Shown: in pieces, positions 56,575 to 64,000 of the stretch | Layout: each line of letters begins with the position of its first letter | How positions within the stretch are numbered: position 1 is the first letter of the stretch | Assembly (NCBI GenBank): GCA_028826165.1 | Contig: JAPDFW010000059.1 | Location: 1,426,001 to 1,490,000 of the forward strand | Direction: 5' to 3' | Length of the DNA stretch: 64,000 nucleotides | Source: Anaeramoeba ignava BMAN | Lineage: Eukaryota; Protista; Anaeramoebae | Notes under the pieces: model-generated | Seen by the model: only the letters and a program-made list of their open reading frames with translations | What the model was told of the DNA's origin: nothing | Database searches by the model: none | Made by a program: the position numbers and the translations under genes

Positions 56575-57365
56575 ATAATCTTTAATTAATTAATTTATTT
56601 ATTTATTTATTCCACTTTTATTTCCATTTTTAAAATTAAATTTTAAAAAGACCACTTTTATTTTCCATTTTTAAAATTAAAATTGAAAGAAATAATCTTT
56701 AATTTATTGATTTATTTATTTATTCCACTTTTTTTTTCATTTTTAAAATTAAAATTAAAATGAAAAGAAATAATAAATTTAATTCTTATTTCCATTTTAA
56801 AAATTAAAGTTAAAATTAAAAGAAATTTAATTTATTTATTTTTTATTTTTTACTTTTTCCATTTTTAAAATTAAAATTAAAAAGAAAAGAAATAATAAAT
56901 TTAATTTATTTATTTATTTATTCCACTTTTTATTTTCATTTTTAAAATTAAAATTAAAAGAAATAATCTTTTATTTATTTATTTATTTATTCCACTTTTT
57001 TTTCCATTTTTAAAATTAAATTTTAAAATTAAAATTAAAAGAAATAATCTTTAATTAATTTATTTATTCCACTTTTATTTTCTCCATTTTTAAAATTAAA
57101 ATTAAAAGAAATAATAAAATTTATTTCATTTTAAAATTAAAATTAAAATTAAAATTAAAAGAAATAATAAATTTATTTATTTATTTATTCCACTTTTATT
57201 TTCATTTTTAAAATTAAAATTAAAATGAAAAGAAATAATAAATTTAATTTATTGATTTATTTATTCATTCCACTTTTATTTCCATTTTTAAAATTAAAAT
57301 TAAAAAGAAAAGAAATTATAAATTTGATTTATTTATTCCACTTTTTTTTCCATTTTTAAAATTAA
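56575..57365. repeat. ~60-bp degenerate tandem repeat containing TTATTCCACTTTT and TTCCATTTTTAAAATTAAA
   Basis: About a dozen recognisable units in the divergent spacer between the ChAPs and PSI-repeat genes. Confidence 0.8.
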
Positions 57366-57454
57366 AATTATCTTCTCCTTTTTTTTTCATTTTCATTTTT
57401 TTCTTCTTTTTAAATTCAAAAACAATTTCAAGTTAATTTTTAAACAAAATCATA

Positions 57455-60400
57455 ATGTTTAGATTGTTTTTTTTGATTTTTTTGATTTCTATTATTTCAA
57501 CTCAAGATTGCGAGTAAAAAATATTGAAAAATTAATAAGAAAATTTCTATTTGAAAATAGTTTAAACAAAAAAAAAAAAACCGGAAAAAAATTTATTTAA
57601 AATAAAACTCATAATATTGTTTATTTTTTTAGTCTCCAACATGATTGTGCTGCTTGTTTGGATGGAAGGAGTTGTTTTTGGTGTGAATATACTCAAGAAT
57701 GCTCAACTACAAAGTGATATTTATTTCGAAAAAAAATTGATAATTGAATTTTTTGATTCATTAAAAATTTCTTTTTATCTTCTTCTTTTTTTTTTTGATT
57801 TTTAGTTCTGGTTTTTGTTATAATGGATGGACTCAAAATTGTCTTTGCGAGTAAAATTTAAAATTTAAATTCAAATTAAAATTAATATTAAAATTTAAAA
57901 TTTAAAATTAAAAATAAAATTAAAATTAAAATTTAAATTTAAATTAAAATTAAAATTAAAATTAAAATTAAAATTAAAATCAAAATTAAAATTTAAAATT
58001 TAAATTAAATTTAAAATTAAAATTTAAAATTAAAATTATTAAAATTAAAATCAAAATTAAAATTAAAATCAAAAATTAAAATTTAAAATTAAAATTAAAT
58101 TTAAATTTAAAATTAAAATAAATATTAAAATCAAAAATTAAAATTTAAAATTAAAATAAATATTAAAATTAAAACTAAAATTAAATTTAAATTTAAAATT
58201 AAAATTTAAAATCAAAATTAAAAAATAGATGGGCTCATGATTGTGCAAGATGTACAGATTGGAAATGTAATTGGTGTGAAGATAATAAGACTTGTTCTTC
58301 AACAACGTAAAAAATCAAAAAAAAACATAAAAAAAAAAGAAAAAAAAAATTTTTTTTTGCTGTTCCACTTTTTTTTTCTCCTTTTGTTTAAAAAATAGAA
58401 CAGAAACTTGTTTAGCTGGTTGGGTGAATAATAAAGCAAACTGCAAATGCGAGTAATTAATTTAATAAGTGTTTTTTTAATTTAAAAAAAGTTGATTTCT
58501 AAAAATTTCATTTCATTTCCTTTTTTTTTGGTAATAAAGGTGGTGTGAAGATTGTGGATGGTGTACATCTCAAGGTTGTTATTGGTGTCCAGATAATCAA
58601 ACATGTGCAGATAATACGTATATTTATTATCAAAAAAAAATAATCTAATTTTTTTGCTTTTTTTCACATTCCACTTTTTTTCCTTTTTTTCAAATTCAAA
58701 ATAGAAATCTTTTTTGTCCAAATTGGATCCTTAATTTAACTTCTTGTGATTGCAAGTAATTATCCCTTTTCAAAAATTAAAAATTAAAAATTAAAAATTA
58801 AAAATTAAAAATTAAAAATTAAAAATTAAAAATTAAAAATTAAAAATTAAAAATTAAAAATTAAAAATTAAAAATTAAAAATTAAAAATTAAAAATTAAA
58901 AATTAAAAATTAAAAATTAAAAATTAAAAATTAAAAATTAAAAATTAAAAATTAAAAATTAAGCTCAAGAGATAACTGCGATTGGTGCACAACTCCAGAT
59001 AGTGATTGTGTGTGGTGCCAAGATAATAAAATATGTGAAAAAAATTCGTAAAAATTTTTTTAAAATGAAAAGAAAAAAAAAATTTTTTTTTCTCAAATGT
59101 TCCACTTTTTTTAACTCAAAAAAAAAAACAACAGAACTCAATCAAGTTGTTCGAGCGATTGGACTAGAGAATGTGAATGCGAGTAAGATTTAGTTAATTT
59201 TTTTTTTTGGAAATTCAAATTTTGTTTTTTCATTAACATCAACATTTTTGCTTAAATAATTAAAACAAAACAAGATGGAATAAGAATTGTGGAGATTGCA
59301 CAAAATCACATGGATGTCTTTGGTGTGAAGCTGATAAAACTTGTTCAAAAGAGTAAATATATTCGTTTTTGATTTGTTCCACTTTTTTTTTTGATTAAAT
59401 GAGAAAAAATTATTTTATTTATTTATTGTCAAAAATAAATAGTGGAGGATCAATTTGTTCAACTGGATGGACCACAGATTGTTTATGCGAGTAAAATTTA
59501 TTAAATCCTTCTTTATTTTTTAATGAAAAAAAATATTAAAATGAAAAAAAAAATTTCGAAAAAAAATATTCAAAATAAAAAAATTAAATCTAAAGATGGA
59601 ACTCGAATTGTGAGTTCTGTTTAGCTGATGAGAATTGTTTATGGTGTGAATCAAATAAAACATGTTCTAATGATTCGTAAATTTATTATCTTTTTGTGTT
59701 CCACTTTTTTTTTTGAATGAAAAAATGGAATTGTATTTTTCCTTTTATAAAAAAACATTTTTTTTCAAAATAGGAATTCCTTGAATTGCACAGGAAATTG
59801 GTCTGATAGTTGCTTATGCGAGTAAATTTTTTTAATATTATTCCAAAACAAATATCTTTATTTCAATTTTTTTTCTTTTCTTATTATATTGTTTTTTTTT
59901 TGTTTTTCAAAAATTCCTTTTCAAAAAGATGGAATACTAATTGTAGTTTGTGTACTTTCAACGAAAATTGTTCTTGGTGTCAAGCGAATCAAACTTGTTC
60001 TAATGATACGTAAAAAATTTAATCATTCAAGAAATGAAAAAAAAAACTAAAAAAAGAATTTTCTTATTCCACTTTTTTTGATCCACAAATAATTTTTACT
60101 AAAATTTAAAATTATCAAAATAGCAACTCATTTAATTGTTCAGGAGATTGGTATCAAGAATGTCTTTGCGAGTAATTTATATTTAATTATTTATCTATTT
60201 TAATATAAATTGAATAAAATTATTTTAATATAAATTGAATAAAAAAAAAGTTGGAATACAAATTGTACTCAATGTATTTCTGATCCTGATAGAACATGCT
60301 ATTGGTGCGAAGATAATTCAACTTGTTCTAATGATAGGTAAGAAAAAATTTAATCATTCAAGAAATGAAAAAAAAAACTAAAAAAAGAATTTTTTTATTC

Positions 60401-63400
60401 CACTTTTTTTGATCCACAAATAATTTTTACTAAAATTTAAAATTATCAAAATAGCAACTCGTTAAATTGTTCAGGAGATTGGTATCGAGAATGTCTTTGC
60501 GAGTAATTTATATTTAATTATTTATCTATTTTAATATAAATTGAATAAAATTATTTTAATATAAATTGAATAAAAAAAGTTGGAATACAAATTGTACATT
60601 TTGCCTTCTTAATGAAAATTGTTATTGGTGCCAAGATAATTCAACTTGTTCTAATGATACGTAACAAAATAAATCAAATCAAATCAAATCAAATCAAATC
60701 AAATCAAATTATTTTATTTTATTTTGTTCCACTTTTTTTTTAATCAATTAATTAATTAATTAATCAATAATAGTAATTCATTCGACTGTTCACATGAATG
60801 GTCAAAAGATTGTTTATGCAGGTAATATAATTAATTAATTAATCAAATAATTAATTATTTATTTATATATTTTAATATAAATTAAATAAAAAAAGTTGGA
60901 ATACAAATTGTTCATCTTGTATAACATATCCAGATAATAATTGTTCATGGTGTCAAGATAATTCAAGTTGTTCTAATGATACGTAACAAAATAAATCAAA
61001 TCAAATCAAATCAAATTAAATTAAATCATTTTTTTTGTTCCACACTTTTTTTAATTAATTAATTAATTAATTAATCAATAATAGTAATTCATTCAACTGT
61101 TCACATGAATGGTCAAAAGATTGTTTATGCAGGTAATATAATTAATTAATTAATTAATTAATTAATCATTTAAATAATTATTTATTTAAATATTTTAATA
61201 TAAATTAAATAAAAAAGTTGGAATACAAATTGTTCATCTTGTATTACATATCCAGATAATAATTGTTCATGGTGCCAAGATAATTCAACTTGTTCTAATG
61301 ATACGTAACAAAATAAATCAAATCAAATTAAATTAATTCAAAATCAAAATCAAAATCAAAATCAAAATCAAAATCAAAATCAAAATCAAAATCAAAATTA
61401 AATCAAAATCAAAATTAAATTCAAATCAAAATAATAATTTATTTTATTTTTGTTCCACTTTTTTTAATTAATTAATTAATTAATCAATAATAGTAATTCA
61501 TTTAACTGTTCACATGAATGGTCAAAAGATTGTTTATGCAGGTAATATAATCTAATTAGTTAATCAAATAATTATATAATTAAATATTTTAATATAAATT
61601 AAATAAAAAAGTTGGAATACAAATTGTTCATCTTGTATAACATATCCAGATAATAATTGTTCATGGTGTCAAGATAATTCAACTTGTTCTAATGATACGT
61701 AAGAAAATAAATCAAATCAAAATCAAAATCAAAATCAAAATCAAAATCAAAATCAAAATCAAAATCAAAATCAAATTAAATTAATTCAAAATCAAAATCA
61801 AAATCAAAATCAAAATCAAAATCAAAATCAAAATCAAAATCAAAATCAAAATCAAAATCAAAATAATAATTTATTTTATTTTGTTCCACTTTTTTTAATT
61901 AATCAATTAATTAATCAATAATAGTAATTCATTCAACTGTTCACATGAATGGTCAAAAGATTGTTTATGCAGGTAATATAATCTAATTAATTAATCAAAT
62001 AATTATATATTTATATATTTTAATATAAATTAAATAAAAAAAGTTGGAATACAAATTGTTCATCTTGTATTACATATCCAGATAATAATTGTTCATGGTG
62101 TCAAGATAATTCAACTTGTTCTAATGATACGTAAGAAAATAAATCAAATCAAATCAAATCAAATTAAATTAAATTATTTTTTTTGTTCCACTTTTTTTTT
62201 AATTAATCAATTAATTAATCAATAATAGAAATTCATTTAACTGTTCACATGAATGGTCAAAAGATTGTTTATGCAGGTAATATAATCTAATTAATTATTC
62301 AAATAATTATATAATTAAATATTTTAATATAAATTAAATAAAAAAAGTTGGAATACAAATTGTTCATCTTGTATAACATATCCAGATAATAATTGTTCAT
62401 GGTGTCAAGATAATTCAACTTGTTCTAATGATACGTAAGGAAATGAATCAAAATTAAATTAAATTCAAATCAAAATCAAAATCAAAATCAAAATCAAAAT
62501 CAAAATTAAATTAAAATCAAAATAATAATTTAATTTATTTTTGTTCCACTTTTTTTAATTAATTAATCAATTAATTAATCAATAATAGAAATTCATTTAA
62601 CTGTTCACATGAATGGTCAAAAGATTGTTTATGCAGGTAATATAATCTAATTAATTATTCAAATATATATTTATTTATATATTTTAATATAAATTAAATA
62701 AAAAAAGTTGGAATACAAATTGTTCATCTTGTATTACATATCCAGATAATAATTGTTCATGGTGTCAAGATAATTCAACTTGTTCTAATGATACGTAAGG
62801 AAATAAATGATTTAAATTATATCAAAATCAAAATAATAATTTATTTTATTTTTGTTCCACTTTTTAATTAATTAATTAATCAATAATAGAAATTCATTCA
62901 ACTGTTCACATGAATGGTCAAAAGATTGTTTATGCAGGTAATATAATTAATTGATTAAATAATCATATAATTATATATTTTAATATAAATTAAATAAAAA
63001 AAGTTGGAATACAAATTGCTCATCTTGTATTACATATCCAGATAATAATTGTTCATGGTGTCAAGATAATTCAAGTTGTTCTAATGATACGTAACAAAAT
63101 AAATGATTTAAATTAAATTAAATTCAAATCAAAATCAAAATCAAAATTAAAATCAAAATTAAATTCAAATCAAAATAATAACTTATTTTATTTTTGTTCC
63201 ACTTTTTAATTAATTAATTAATTAATCAATAATAGTAATTCATTTAACTGTTCACATGAATGGTCAAAAGATTGTTTATGCAGGTAATATAATCTAATTA
63301 ATTAATCAAATATATATTTATATATTTATATATTTTAATATAAATTAAATAAAAAAGTTGGAATACAAATTGCTCATCTTGTATTACATATCCAGATAAT

Positions 63401-64000
63401 AATTGTTCATGGTGTCAAGATAATTCAACTTGTTCTAATGATACGTAAGAAAATAAATGATTTAAATTATATCAAAATCAAAATAATAATTTATTTTATT
63501 TTTGTTCCACTTTTTTTAATTAATTAATTAATCAATTAATCAATAATAGTAATTCATTTAATTGTTCACATGAATGGTCAAAAGATTGTTTATGCAGGTA
63601 ATATAATCAAATTAATTATTCAAATAATTATATATTTTAATATTTTAATATAAATTAAATAAAAAAAGTTGGAATACAAATTGTTCATCTTGTATAACAT
63701 ATCCAGATAATAATTGTTCATGGTGTCAAGATAATTCAAGTTGTTCTAATGATACGTAAGGAAATGAATGATTTAAATTATATCAAAATCAAAATAATAA
63801 TTTATTTTATTTTTGTTCCACTTTTTAATTAATTAATTAATTAATCAATTAATCAATAATAGAAATTCATTTAACTGTTCACATGAATGGTCAAAAGATT
63901 GTTTATGCAGGTAATATGATCTAATTAGTTAATCAAATAATTATATAATTATTTATTTTAATATTTTAATATAAATTAAATAAAAAAGTTGGAATACAAA
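57455..64000 (+). CDS. Secreted/surface Cys-rich tandem-repeat protein (PSI/plexin-repeat-like) encoded by at least 19 exon pairs; continues past the window end
   Basis: Signal exon 57455-57513 (MFRLFFLIFLISIISTQDC). Then exon A (~75-87 nt, e.g. WNTNCSSCITYPDNNCSWCQDNSTCSNDT) alternates with exon B (~45-55 nt, e.g. NSFNCSHEWSKDCLC). All introns are GT-AG and phase 2. The C-x2-C...C-x-W-C...C pattern is that of PSI domains. Confidence 0.85.
60880..64000 (+). repeat. Near-identical ~300-430-bp exon-intron tandem units (homogenised part of the PSI array)
   Basis: Exons are almost identical between copies; unit length varies mainly through an intronic (AAAATC/AAATC)n tract. Confidence 0.93.

Noticed and set aside
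58300-63900. TTCCAC element as a U12-type branch site
   Set aside because: It does not match TTCCTTAAC, and the donors are GTAA rather than RTATCCTT.
60880-64000. Regular conserved repeats with variable spacers resembling a CRISPR array
   Set aside because: The repeats are GT-AG-bounded exons encoding Cys-rich units, the spacers are related introns, the context is eukaryotic, and there are no cas genes.

Overview
Very AT-rich, intron-containing eukaryotic (protist) genomic DNA with about 15 protein-coding genes. Introns and intergenic spacers are filled with micro/minisatellites. The NQ/EN/KI low-complexity tracts and composition resemble an anaerobic amoeba such as Anaeramoeba, but this is inference only. 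Genes in order: a secreted beta-helix/EGF/FN3 protein (-), TRAPPC8 (+), UBR1/2 N-recognin (-), a ~2,700-aa surface receptor with a STRA6-like membrane core (+), a Gap1/IQGAP-type RasGAP (+), a WDR26/GID7-like protein (-), Rab18 (+), an F-box/WD40 protein (+), Sec1/Munc18 (+), an LRR protein (-), eIF1/SUI1 (-), a nurim-like protein (+), a divergent centrin-like protein (-), PRMT5 (-), a ChAPs/exomer adaptor (-), and a PSI-like Cys-repeat surface protein (+) built from at least 19 tandem exon pairs that the ORF track misses. The most notable observation is in that exon array: 17 of 18 introns after the long exon keep a TTCCACTTTT element that is complementary to that exon's own 3' splice junction, with apparent covariation, suggesting an RNA-pairing splicing control. 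Other notable items are a GC-rich intron in the RasGAP that folds almost entirely into one hairpin, the poor start context of eIF1, and a shifty-stop site in the receptor gene. Several homopolymer frameshifts and garbled exons suggest residual assembly error. All family assignments come from recalled motifs, not from searches.
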